Notes: generated by a model from the letters alone, not told the origin. Counted from the first letter of the stretch, positions 1-8,280 are shown. The stretch is DNA of 35,335 nucleotides from an uncultured bacterium (GCA_949286295.1 CASECK010000109.1:1-35335); one strand, 5' to 3'. Made by a program: numbers and translations.

Positions 1-692
1 CCATCCTGGTGTCCCAGACTCTGGAGTCCAACTATGTGGGCGCCATCGCCGTGGCCGCCTACTCCTATATGGCTCTGGTGCCCATCATCCAGCCCTTTGC
101 CATCAAGCTGGTCACCACCAAGAAGGAGCGGGCCATGCGGATGCCCTACCGGCCCCAGGGTGTGACCCGGAAGATGCGCATCCTGTTCCCCGTTGTGGTG
201 TCCATCATCGCCGGCCTGGTGGCCCCCTCCTCTGTGGCTCTGGTTGGCTTCCTGATGTTTGGCAACCTGATTCGCGAGTGCGGCGTGCTGGAGAGCCTGT
301 CCAAGACTGCTCAGAACGACTTGGCCAACCTGATTACGCTGCTGCTGGGCATCACCATCGCCTTCTCCATGCGGGCCGACCAGTTCGTGCAGCCCGCCAC
401 CCTGATGATTATGGGCCTGGGCCTGGTGGCCTTCGTGCTGGACTCGATGGTGGGCGTGCTGTTCGTCAAGGTGCTGAACATCTTCACCCCCAAGAACAAG
501 ATTAACCCCATGGTGGGCGCGGCCGGCATCTCCGCCTTCCCCATGTCCTCCCGGGTCATCGAGAAGCTGGGCCAGGAGGCCGACTCCCAGAACCACCTGC
601 TGATGCACGCCGTGGCCGCCAACGTGTCCGGCCAGATCGCCTCTGTGGTGGCCGGCGGCGTAGTGCTGCAGTACTTTGCCAATTTGGGCTGA
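1..692 (+). CDS. Na+-translocating decarboxylase beta subunit (OadB/GcdB/MmdB family), 5'-truncated by the window
   Basis: Hydrophobic ORF with family motifs GAIAVAAYSYMALVPIIQP, LMFGNLIRECG, NPMVGAAGISAFPMSSR and LLMHA. Frame is open to the window start; stop TGA at 690-692. Confidence 0.92.
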   Translation, partial: ILVSQTLESNYVGAIAVAAYSYMALVPIIQPFAIKLVTTKKERAMRMPYRPQGVTRKMRILFPVVVSIIAGLVAPSSVALVGFLMFGNLIRECGVLESLSKTAQNDLANLITLLLGITIAFSMRADQFVQPATLMIMGLGLVAFVLDSMVGVLFVKVLNIFTPKNKINPMVGAAGISAFPMSSRVIEKLGQEADSQNHLLMHAVAANVSGQIASVVAGGVVLQYFANLG

Positions 693-707
693 TAGGAGGA
701 ACACGAG

Positions 708-848
708 ATGAACTTTGATATTGCAAACCTCGAACAGTCTCTGGAAATGCTGGCCCAGGGCATGATCGGCATCTTTGTGGTGCTGGGTATCATCGCCATA
801 TTCGTCTGGGGCCTTGGCAAGCTGGAAAGCAAGAAAAAGAAAAAGTAA
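708..848 (+). CDS. Small OadG-like (gamma/delta) decarboxylase membrane subunit, 46 aa (not in the ORF track)
   Basis: RBS AGGAGG at 694-699, ATG at 708. Translation MNFDIANLEQSLEMLAQGMIGIFVVLGIIAIFVWGLGKLESKKKKK: one TM helix with the GMxxxFxVL pattern and a basic tail, directly after the beta subunit. Confidence 0.85.
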   Translation: MNFDIANLEQSLEMLAQGMIGIFVVLGIIAIFVWGLGKLESKKKKK

Positions 849-875
849 CCGCACCGGTTTCAGGACGAAAAGAAG

Positions 876-910
876 CAAGGGGATGAGCATCAGCTCATCC
901 CCTTGTTGTT
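876..910. terminator. Intrinsic terminator between convergent genes, probably bidirectional
   Basis: Perfect 13-bp stem CAAGGGGATGAGC-atca-GCTCATCCCCTTG with T-rich sequence after and A-rich sequence before. Confidence 0.8.
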
Positions 911-951
911 GTATCCAGCCTCTTTTGTGCCTGTAAAAAATCAGAATCCCC

Positions 952-1218
952 TCACAGCCAGTCGGCTATCACGTCGTCCAGCCCGGCCGGACCCACCTGG
1001 TTGTCCACCAGCACAGTCAGCAGCTGGTCGATGCGGGCGGCGCTGGTGGTGACAGAGGGGACCTCGGCCCTTTCGCCGCCCTCTTCTGCCACGCACACGC
1101 CGTAAGTTTCGCAGCAGAATCGGGGGGTGTTCACCTGGTCTACGGTGAGAAAATAGTGAAAGCGCCGGGCGCGTCCTGTCTGGTCGACGCAGCGGCGGGT
1201 GGCGATTTTGTACTCCAT
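952..1218 (-). CDS. Small conserved hypothetical protein, DUF6514-like, 88 aa
   Basis: RBS AAGGAGGGG upstream and TATAAT at 1251-1256 (minus). The pattern YGV...VTTS...LL..LVDNQVGP..LDDVIADWL resembles the clostridial DUF6514 family (recalled, not searched). Confidence 0.7.
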   Translation of the reverse strand: MEYKIATRRCVDQTGRARRFHYFLTVDQVNTPRFCCETYGVCVAEEGGERAEVPSVTTSAARIDQLLTVLVDNQVGPAGLDDVIADWL

Positions 1219-1317
1219 GTCGCGTCTGTCCCCTCCTTCGAGATACTCCGATTATACCCCTCAGCCCGCCGCCAGGGAAGAAAAACATATCGCAAAAAGC
1301 GCCGCCTTCCCCCTCGC

Positions 1318-1324
1318 TTCGACA
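1318..1324 (-). promoter_or_regulatory. Candidate Spo0A box upstream of the DUF6514-like gene
   Basis: TTCGACA on +, i.e. TGTCGAA on minus, a perfect match to the 0A box, about 40 bp upstream of the predicted -35. A 7-mer can occur by chance. Confidence 0.35.
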
Positions 1325-1419
1325 CAGAATTTAGAGGGGAAAGAGGAAAGGGGGAGGAAAGAGCGGGAGGATGGGGAGAAAAAACGTGCGCCGGACCTTG
1401 AGTCCGGCGCACGGCGGTA

Positions 1420-1632
1420 TCACAGCTGAAACTCCTCGTCGCTCAGTCCCACGCCGGCCAGCTTGGCCGGACGGGGCGGGACCCGCTTCAGAGGGTCGTA
1501 ACGAAAGGCCCGGCAGTGGGAGCCGGCGGCCATGACCCCTTTCTTGGGACAGACAATCTGCTCCGGATTCAGCTGGCGGCCGCGGGCGCAGTAGGCGCAG
1601 CGGGGCTCGATGCTCTTTTGAAACAGGTTCAC
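1420..1632 (-). CDS. Small Cys-rich hypothetical protein, about 70 aa, putative metal binding
   Basis: GAGGAG RBS 8 nt before GTG at 1632; motif C-x2-C-x12-C-x11-C followed by FRYDPLKR; has its own candidate promoter. Confidence 0.75.
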   Translation of the reverse strand: MNLFQKSIEPRCAYCARGRQLNPEQIVCPKKGVMAAGSHCRAFRYDPLKRVPPRPAKLAGVGLSDEEFQL

Positions 1633-1662
1633 AGCACTCACTCCTCGGATGGCGTTTGCCCC

Positions 1663-1691
1663 ATTATACTACACTCCGCCCCGCTTTTCCA
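1663..1691 (-). promoter_or_regulatory. SigA-type promoter for the Cys-rich gene, overlapping the ylbJ 3' end
   Basis: TGGAAA-17 nt-TATAAT on the minus strand. Confidence 0.55.
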
Positions 1692-2850
1692 CTGCTTTTT
1701 TCACCGCCAGAGCCGCCAAAGTGAGAAAGAGCAGCCACGTCACCCAGGCAGCGGCGGCCGAGATGGTGAGGGCCTGGTGAAAATCGATGCCGGCGATGGC
1801 CTCGGTCTGCTCGGCCAGGTAGAGGGCCGCGGGTCCCCGGAAGGGCAGCAGGCGGCACAGCAGGGCGGTGAGCAGGCAGGCCAATCCCCCGTGGAGCAGC
1901 TTGCCCGCCACATAGGTCCGCATGGACAGGCCGCTGTCGCCCAGAAAGGCCAGCACCTGGCAGTGGACCGACAGGCCGGCCCACCCCAACATGAAGGCGG
2001 CCATGGACATCCGGCCGGACAGCGTTCCGCCGGACAGGGAGGAGACTCCGGAGGACACCTCCAGCAGCCCGGTAAGCAGCCGCTCGGCCCAGAACTGGTC
2101 CATCCCAAGGGGGGAGAACAGCCGGGAGACGGCCCGGGCCAGGCCGGCCAGCACCCCGGCGCGGCCCAGAATGCGCAGGAATACCGTAAAGAAGAGGACA
2201 AAGGCGCAGATGTTCAGCACAGATTGCAGCGCGCTGGTGACCGCGTGGGTAAAGGCCGCCGGAACGCGGACCGCTTGGAACCGGGGGCCGCTCTCCCGGG
2301 GGCGGGAAGCGCCGTCCGCCCCCTTATAAAAGCGAAACAGCAGCCCCACCAGCAGGGAGGACAGCAGGTGGGCCAGATAGAGCAGCAGGCCCGCCGCCCC
2401 GCTGCCAAAGACCCCGGCGCCCACCACGCCCAAGATAAAGGCCGGCCCGCTGTTGTTGCAGAAGGCCAGCAGGCGCTCCGCCTCGGTCCGGGAGCACTGG
2501 CCGCGCTCGTATAGCTGAATGGCGGTGCGCGCCCCCACAGGGTAGCCTCCCACCACCCCCAGAGCCAGGGCCACGGCGCAGGAGCCGTTGATGCGGAAGA
2601 GGGGGGCCATGACCGGCTCCATCAGCCGCCCCAGATACCGGCTCAGCCCCAACTCCACCACCAGGCAGGACAGCACAAAAAAGGGGAACAGAGAGGGGAC
2701 GATTACATTTCCGCACAGCTTCAACCCGTCCCGCATGGCCTGCGTGGCCTGGTCCGGCCACACAACCAGGGCCAGTGCCGCCAGCAGCACCCCAAGCCCC
2801 AGCAGGGCGTCCCGGTAATGCTGTCTGCCCAAAAGCCGTCCCAAAGCCAT
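1669..2850 (-). CDS. ylbJ: Sporulation integral membrane protein YlbJ (nucleoside recognition gate domain)
   Basis: Motifs VIVPSLFPFFVLS, GGYPVGA, AERLLAFCNNSGPAFILG, GLLEVSSG and GWAGLSVHCQ; many TM segments. ATG 2850 chosen over GTG 2853 on RBS spacing. Confidence 0.88.
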   Translation of the reverse strand: MALGRLLGRQHYRDALLGLGVLLAALALVVWPDQATQAMRDGLKLCGNVIVPSLFPFFVLSCLVVELGLSRYLGRLMEPVMAPLFRINGSCAVALALGVVGGYPVGARTAIQLYERGQCSRTEAERLLAFCNNSGPAFILGVVGAGVFGSGAAGLLLYLAHLLSSLLVGLLFRFYKGADGASRPRESGPRFQAVRVPAAFTHAVTSALQSVLNICAFVLFFTVFLRILGRAGVLAGLARAVSRLFSPLGMDQFWAERLLTGLLEVSSGVSSLSGGTLSGRMSMAAFMLGWAGLSVHCQVLAFLGDSGLSMRTYVAGKLLHGGLACLLTALLCRLLPFRGPAALYLAEQTEAIAGIDFHQALTISAAAAWVTWLLFLTLAALAVKKAVEKRGGV

Positions 2851-2865
2851 CACCCCCTGGAAAAG

Positions 2866-2894
2866 AGATTATGCGGGCCGGGGGCGATTTCTGC
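2866..2894 (-). promoter_or_regulatory. Possible SigE-type promoter for ylbJ
   Basis: CATAATCT fits the SigE -10 pattern CATAnnnT, with GCAGAAAT upstream. ylbJ is SigE-dependent in Bacillus. The -35 match is weak. Confidence 0.3.
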
Positions 2895-2921
2895 CTGTCC
2901 GCAAAATTTCTCCGGCGAGGG

Positions 2922-3068
2922 TGAAACCAAATCGCCCATAGCTGTGTTATGGTAGGTGAAGCGCGTTTCCAGACAAACAAAAGAGGGGAGGGAGCGGCCA
3001 TACGGGAGGAAGAACTCATTGCCGGATTACACCGTGGAGACCCGGTGGGACCGGAGGCCCTGATAGAC
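2922..3068 (+). pseudogene. Possible remnant of an ECF sigma factor gene (promoter, RBS and first ~23 codons)
   Basis: TGAAAC-17-TGTT ECF-like promoter at 2922-2948, strong RBS at 2984-2994, then ATA at 3000 instead of ATG. Reads (I)REEELIAGLHRGDPVGPEALID, resembling ECF N-termini, then resemblance stops. Confidence 0.35.
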
Positions 3069-3075
3069 TGCCGCC

Positions 3076-3104
3076 TTGCTTTTTTTCCCCGGCCCTGCTA
3101 CAAT
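3076..3104 (+). promoter_or_regulatory. SigA-type promoter for the peptidase-rarA-TauE cluster
   Basis: TTGCTT-17 nt-TACAAT with an extended -10 TG. Confidence 0.65.
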
Positions 3105-3138
3105 AGGGGACACGAGAACAGGGCAGGGGGGAGAGGAA

Positions 3139-3744
3139 ATGGAGCAGTTCCGGCTGGTGGACACCCCGCACGGGGCCATCCCCGTCCTCCTGCGGCGCCG
3201 GCGGGTGAAGAACCTGAACCTGCGGGTGGGGGCGGACGGAACGGTGGCCCTCTCCGTCCCCCTGCGCTATCCCCTGGACAGGGCGGAGGACTTCCTCAGG
3301 GAGAAAAGCGGCTGGATTGCCTGGGCTGTGGATCGGCAGCGGGAGGGAAGCGCCTGCCCCCTTCCTCCGGCCGGCCGGGAGGCGTGCGCCGTCCGGCTGG
3401 GGGAGGCCCTGGACAGAGTCATGCCCCTGGCCGCGCCGCTGGGGGTGGGCCGTCCGGCGCTGAAGGTGCGGCCGCTGCGAAGCCAGTGGGGCAACTGCCA
3501 CTGGACGAAGGGGTATATTACCCTGAACACCGCCCTGGCCCGGTGTCCGGAGGGGCTGCGGGACTACGTGGCTCTACACGAGCTGGTGCATTTTCTCCAC
3601 CATGACCATGGCCCCGGCTTTTACGCCTGTATGGACGCGCTGATGCCGGACTGGCGCCGGCGGCGGAGGGAGCTGAAGCGGTACGGGACGGCCCTGGAGG
3701 GGACCGGACCTGCCGGGAGGGAGAAAGAAACAGCAAAATCCTGA
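3139..3744 (+). CDS. YgjP/DUF45-like (M48/SprT-like) zinc metalloprotein
   Basis: RBS GAGAGG before ATG 3139; motifs KNLNLRV, RSQWGNC, ITLN, DYVALHELVH (HExxH), HGPGFY and MPDWR. Confidence 0.88.
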   Translation: MEQFRLVDTPHGAIPVLLRRRRVKNLNLRVGADGTVALSVPLRYPLDRAEDFLREKSGWIAWAVDRQREGSACPLPPAGREACAVRLGEALDRVMPLAAPLGVGRPALKVRPLRSQWGNCHWTKGYITLNTALARCPEGLRDYVALHELVHFLHHDHGPGFYACMDALMPDWRRRRRELKRYGTALEGTGPAGREKETAKS

Positions 3745-3763
3745 ACGGAGAGGGAGTGTTTCC

Positions 3764-5032
3764 ATGGCATACCGCCCACTGGCGGACGAAATACGGCCCC
3801 AGACGCTGGACGAGGTGGTCGGCCAGTCCCATATTCTGGGGAAAGACGGGCTGCTGCGGCGGATTGTGGAGTCGGGAAATGTGCCGAATCTGATTTTTTA
3901 CGGCCCGTCCGGCACCGGAAAGACCACGGTGGCCAACATCATCGCCCGGAGGACCAACCGCCCCCTCCACCGGCTCAACGCCACCACCGCCTCTATCTCC
4001 GACATCAAGGATATCATGGCGGACATCGGGACCCTGATGGCCCCGGAGGGGGTGCTGCTGTACCTGGATGAGATTCAGTACTTCAACAAAAAGCAGCAGC
4101 AGTCTCTGCTGGAGTTTATGGAGGACGGCCGAATCACCCTGATTGCCTCCACCACGGAAAACCCCTTTTTTGCTGTCTTTGGGGCGGTGCTGTCCCGGGC
4201 CACGGTATTTGAATTTAAGCAGCTCACCGCCCAGGAGGTGCTGCCCGCCATTGACCGGGGCATCACCCTTATGGCCGGCCGGTTGGGCGGCCAGGCCTTG
4301 TGTGAGGAGGGGGTGCGGGAGCACATCGCCTCCGCCTGCGGGGGCGATGTCCGCAAAGCCATGAACGCGGTAGAGCTGCTTCTCAGCGCCGCCAAGAATG
4401 AGCAAGGGAAAATACTTGTCACCCTGGAGGATGCCAGGACGGTGGCTCAGAAGTCCGCCATGCGCTATGACCGGGAGGGGGACGCCCATTTTGATATCGC
4501 CTCCGCCCTGATGAAATCCCTTCGGGGGTCCGACCCGGACGCGGCCCTGCACTACCTGGCCCGGCTGCTGGAGGCGGGGGACCTGATTACCGCCATCCGG
4601 CGCATCCTGTGCTCGGCCAGCGAGGACATCGGGCTGGCCTATCCCATGGCGGTGCCCATCGTCAAGGCCTGCGTGGACAATGCCCTTCAGCTGGGCCTGC
4701 CGGAGGCCAAGCTGCCCCTGTCCCAGGCGGTCATTCTTCTGGCCACCGCCCCCAAGTCCAATACCGCCTGTATGGCCATCGACGCTGCCATGGCGGACGT
4801 ACGGGCGGGGAAGGTGGGGGACATCCCCCGCCATCTGCAGAACGTCCATGCCGATTCCGCCGGTATGGAGCGGGAGCAGGGATATCAGTACCCCCACAAC
4901 TACCCAAACCGCTGGGTGGAGCAGCAGTATCTGCCCGACGAGCTGACGGGGGTGCGGTACTACCAGTACGGAGACAACCGGACCGAGCAGGCCGCCAGGC
5001 GGTACTGGGAGGAAATTAAAAAGAAGACCTGA
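3764..5032 (+). CDS. rarA: Replication-associated recombination protein A (RarA/MgsA AAA+ ATPase)
   Basis: PLADEIRPQTLDEVVGQ, Walker A GPSGTGKT, LDEI, STTENP, KSLRGSDPDAA, SEDIGLA, YQYPH and QQYLP. Confidence 0.95.
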   Translation: MAYRPLADEIRPQTLDEVVGQSHILGKDGLLRRIVESGNVPNLIFYGPSGTGKTTVANIIARRTNRPLHRLNATTASISDIKDIMADIGTLMAPEGVLLYLDEIQYFNKKQQQSLLEFMEDGRITLIASTTENPFFAVFGAVLSRATVFEFKQLTAQEVLPAIDRGITLMAGRLGGQALCEEGVREHIASACGGDVRKAMNAVELLLSAAKNEQGKILVTLEDARTVAQKSAMRYDREGDAHFDIASALMKSLRGSDPDAALHYLARLLEAGDLITAIRRILCSASEDIGLAYPMAVPIVKACVDNALQLGLPEAKLPLSQAVILLATAPKSNTACMAIDAAMADVRAGKVGDIPRHLQNVHADSAGMEREQGYQYPHNYPNRWVEQQYLPDELTGVRYYQYGDNRTEQAARRYWEEIKKKT

Positions 5033-5057
5033 ACGGAGAAGATGGAGAGAGAACGAT

Positions 5058-5831
5058 ATGGAATGGATGCAGCTGCTGGAAACTTTGGCCATTGTGTGCC
5101 CGCTGGTATTTTTAGGTGGACTGGTGGATGCGGTGGCGGGAGGGGGAGGGTTGATCACCCTGCCTGCCTACCTGCTGGCCGGGCTGCCCGCCCACAATGC
5201 GGCGGCCACCAACAAATGCGGCAACGCCTTTGGAACTTTTCTGGCCACCGGCCGGTTTATCCGGCGGGGGCAGGTCCATCTGCCCAGCGCCTTGGCCGGT
5301 GGGCTGGGGGCGCTGGCCGGAGCCTGGATTGGCGCGGAACTGAATATGATTATGCCAGAGCAGGCGCTGTATTTCCTGATGCTGGCCATTGTGCCGGTGA
5401 TGGCGGTCTTTTTGCTGTTCAAGCGGGATTTTGGGGCACAGGACCGCTCCGGGCAGTTTAGCCGGGGGCAGCTGATTGCCATGGCGGTGGGAATCGGCCT
5501 GGCCATCGGGGCCTACGACGGATTTTTCGGGCCGGGGGCCGGGACCTTTTTGATGCTGGCCTTCACCGGACTGTGTAAGTTCGATTTGCTCACCGCCTCG
5601 GGCAACACCAAGGTGGCCAACTCCGCGAGCAACCTGGCCTCTCTGGTCACCTTCGCCCTGGCGGGCAAGGTGCTGTGGGTGGTGGGCATTCCCGCCGCGC
5701 TGTGCGGAATTGCGGGCAACTATGTGGGGTCCAGCATCGCCCTGAAAGGCGGGGCCAAAATTATCCGCCCCATGTTCTTTGTGGTGCTCACCCTGCTGGT
5801 GGCGCGCCTGGTATACGACCTGGCCGTCTAA
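5058..5831 (+). CDS. Sulfite exporter TauE/SafE (TSUP) family membrane protein
   Basis: VDAVAGGGGLITLP, AATNK and GAYDGFFGPGAGTF repeat motifs; about 8 TM segments. Confidence 0.92.
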   Translation: MEWMQLLETLAIVCPLVFLGGLVDAVAGGGGLITLPAYLLAGLPAHNAAATNKCGNAFGTFLATGRFIRRGQVHLPSALAGGLGALAGAWIGAELNMIMPEQALYFLMLAIVPVMAVFLLFKRDFGAQDRSGQFSRGQLIAMAVGIGLAIGAYDGFFGPGAGTFLMLAFTGLCKFDLLTASGNTKVANSASNLASLVTFALAGKVLWVVGIPAALCGIAGNYVGSSIALKGGAKIIRPMFFVVLTLLVARLVYDLAV

Positions 5832-5868
5832 AATAGGCCCTCCGGCTATGCAGGGGGGCCTACAACAA

Positions 5869-5902
5869 AGGCGGGCCTCCGGTGTGTCCGGGAGGCCCGC
5901 CT
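5869..5902. terminator. Hairpin terminator between the convergent TauE and DUF3810 genes
   Basis: 12-bp stem AGGCGGGCCTCC / GGAGGCCCGCCT; a second, weaker hairpin lies at about 5834-5862. Confidence 0.7.
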
Positions 5903-5912
5903 GTCTCTTATC

Positions 5913-7019
5913 TCACGCTCCGGCGCCGAAGCAGTTGACGAGCAGGTCCACACAGGCACCGTAGGAGCCCATTCCCAGCTCCTGGCCGTTGCCCTTCAAA
6001 AAGGCGTCGTACGCCTCGCCCGCAGCCTCCTCCACCGGGGAGGACAGGGCCGCCCAGTAGGCGTTATTGTCCGCCCAGTCCTGGGACAGCTCTGGAGAAA
6101 AGGTCCGCCCGGCGATGTCGTACCAGGCGTCCGGGTCGACGGAAAAAAGGGCGTTGCACAACTGAATCAGCCCCATGAGATAGCCGGAATATTGAAACAC
6201 TTGGTTGTCACAGGTGATGCAGGCGGCGATTCCCACAAAGTTGGCCTCGGCCTCGGAGGCCACCATACGCTGGTGGGACATCTCATGGGCGATGGTGGCC
6301 GGAATCAGGCAGGCGGGGGCGTCGGTGTTGACATTGGCCTCTCCGGTGAAGGGGAAATATACCCCGGTGAACCCCAAAATACTTTGCAGCCGGGAGCACA
6401 GCAGGGGCTTTGCCTTTACAGATGGGGCCGCGAGGCAGGGAAAGCGCCGGGCCAGGTTTTCGTAGAGAAACACCCCCTGCTCAAAACACGTCCCGGTATC
6501 CTCGGCGAAATGCCCCTGGCGGTCCCGGGCAACCTGACCGGCCAGTGTGGCGGCCTGCCGGGCAAATTCTTCCGTGACCTGGGCCAGGTCCTCCACGGTG
6601 TAGGGCTCCACCTCCAGGCCGGAGCGCTGGACGAAGGAGGGGGCGTAGTAAGCCGCGTTCCACAGCCAGCAAAGCCCCGCCCACAGCCACAGCCAGACGG
6701 CGGCCAGCGCGGCCAGCCGCCGCAGGAAGGGGGCCGGGGCGCGGTTTTTACACAGCAGCACCCCGCTCAGGATAAGCCACAGGACGCACCCGGTCAGAAA
6801 CAGCGCGGTCAGCACCTCGGCGGCGGAAAAAGGGGCCCAGGACCAGAGCCGTCCAAACAGCTGCTCCACCGGAGCCAGCACGCCGAAGACCCAGCGGCCC
6901 ATCAGGGACTGATTGGATTTCAGGACTTCAAACAGAGCTATCAGCGCCAGCGGGAGGGTGGCGGCCAGAATCAGGCGCAGCGCGCCGGGGGAGAGGGCGT
7001 GTTTTTTAACGGCCTGCAT
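5913..7019 (-). CDS. DUF3810-like membrane-anchored putative zinc metallopeptidase
   Basis: N-terminal TM helices, GVYFPFTGEANVN, TIAHEMSHQR (HExxH), EAEANF and YSGY. Start overlaps the tmcAL end by 14 nt. Confidence 0.85.
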   Translation of the reverse strand: MQAVKKHALSPGALRLILAATLPLALIALFEVLKSNQSLMGRWVFGVLAPVEQLFGRLWSWAPFSAAEVLTALFLTGCVLWLILSGVLLCKNRAPAPFLRRLAALAAVWLWLWAGLCWLWNAAYYAPSFVQRSGLEVEPYTVEDLAQVTEEFARQAATLAGQVARDRQGHFAEDTGTCFEQGVFLYENLARRFPCLAAPSVKAKPLLCSRLQSILGFTGVYFPFTGEANVNTDAPACLIPATIAHEMSHQRMVASEAEANFVGIAACITCDNQVFQYSGYLMGLIQLCNALFSVDPDAWYDIAGRTFSPELSQDWADNNAYWAALSSPVEEAAGEAYDAFLKGNGQELGMGSYGACVDLLVNCFGAGA

Positions 7020-8250
7020 GGCAAATCTCCTCCGCTAAGATGACCGGACCTGTCGTCCACTCCCGGCCCGGAGCGGGGATATGATTCCGGCATAAATCGT
7101 ATAAGTCGGTGCAGCGGGCTTCTAAGGCAAAGAGCTTCCGCCCCGGGGCGGTCAATTCTCTCGCGTGGGCGGGCTTTGTGAGAATGGGCAGGGCGGCCTT
7201 TCGCTTCATCTGGCCCAGCAGCTCCTGTCCCCGCAGGTTAAAGCCCAGCACCCGAAGATAGGAGGGGCTGGCCGGGATGTCCGCGCCGGTGATGCCCAGA
7301 TAGGCCCGTAATACCAGCCGCCGCAGCCTTGCGTGGGTATAGCGCCTGGTCTTGGCCAGGCGGAAAAACTCCTCCATACTGGTACAGCTGCGTCCCGCCC
7401 GCTCCAGCCGCTGGGGCAGGCCCTCTCCGGCCCCGGAATCGGGGAGCATAGCCCAGTCCTCCGCCCCCATGGTGCGCACCATGGCCAGAAGTGCCCGTGA
7501 GACCTGAGAGAGGGACGGCGGGGGAGAGGCGCTCTGCTCCAGCAGCGGCCGCGCCCCGGGGACCAGGTATGGTTCCGCCTGGTCCCACCTGCCTTGCTGC
7601 AGGTCCAGGCGAATCTGGGTGGCGGACAGGAAGGCGGGCGGGCAGGCGCCGTCCCGGGACGGGACAAGGCCGCCGTGCTCCGCGCCCCGCCGCAGGACGG
7701 TCATCGGATGGATGCGGCTGCCCAGGGCGTTCAAGGCCCGGATGTACTCGACGCCCAGGTTGTTGTTGGGCCGGGCCAGCAGATTGGCGGTCTCCCGGCC
7801 AGCGCGCTCCTCCACCGCCGCCTGGCGGCAGGCGGCAAAGTTCTCTCCCATGCCGGCCCGGCGGCGGATGGCGGCCTGACACTCCGGGCTGTCCAGACAG
7901 CGGGCCGCCGCCCGCAGGGGCTCCACCTGGCCGCACTCGCTGCCAAAGGACAGATAGTCCACCACGCCGCAGCCCTCCAGCAGGTCGGCTGCTCCCTTGG
8001 CAAACTGCTCGGCGGAGGCGGTGGCATAGACGGTGGGCAGCTCCAGCACCAGGTCCACCCCGCCCAGCAGGGCCAGGCGGGCGCGCAGCCACTTGTCGGC
8101 CACGGCGCAGTCGGCCTGCTGGACCCAATTTCCGCTCATCACGGCGACAACGGCGCAGTCCTCCCCCAGCGCTTGGCGGGTGGCAAAGAGCTGATAGCCA
8201 TGGCCAGTGTGGAAGGGATTGTACTCCGCGACGATGCCGGCAATATGCAT
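7006..8250 (-). CDS. tmcAL: tRNA(Met) cytidine acetate ligase TmcAL (YlbM)
   Basis: GIVAEYNPFHTGH (HxGH), VMSGNWVQ, GVDLVLELP, LSFGSE, PNNNLGVEY, SATQIR, KTRRYT and YLRVLGF. Confidence 0.92.
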   Translation of the reverse strand: MHIAGIVAEYNPFHTGHGYQLFATRQALGEDCAVVAVMSGNWVQQADCAVADKWLRARLALLGGVDLVLELPTVYATASAEQFAKGAADLLEGCGVVDYLSFGSECGQVEPLRAAARCLDSPECQAAIRRRAGMGENFAACRQAAVEERAGRETANLLARPNNNLGVEYIRALNALGSRIHPMTVLRRGAEHGGLVPSRDGACPPAFLSATQIRLDLQQGRWDQAEPYLVPGARPLLEQSASPPPSLSQVSRALLAMVRTMGAEDWAMLPDSGAGEGLPQRLERAGRSCTSMEEFFRLAKTRRYTHARLRRLVLRAYLGITGADIPASPSYLRVLGFNLRGQELLGQMKRKAALPILTKPAHARELTAPGRKLFALEARCTDLYDLCRNHIPAPGREWTTGPVILAEEICHAGR

Positions 8251-8280
8251 GAGGTTGACCTCCTGGTGAAATATCTTCCT

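Noticed and set aside
2949-3605. 218-aa ORF as a real gene or a frameshift fusion with the peptidase
   Set aside because: Only about 23 codons look protein-like; the rest is an off-frame read of the peptidase, which has its own promoter, RBS and ATG.
3700-3763. LexA box upstream of rarA, and likewise upstream of recN
   Set aside because: No GAAC-N4-GTTC match found by eye; the GAAC at 3743 has no partner half-site.
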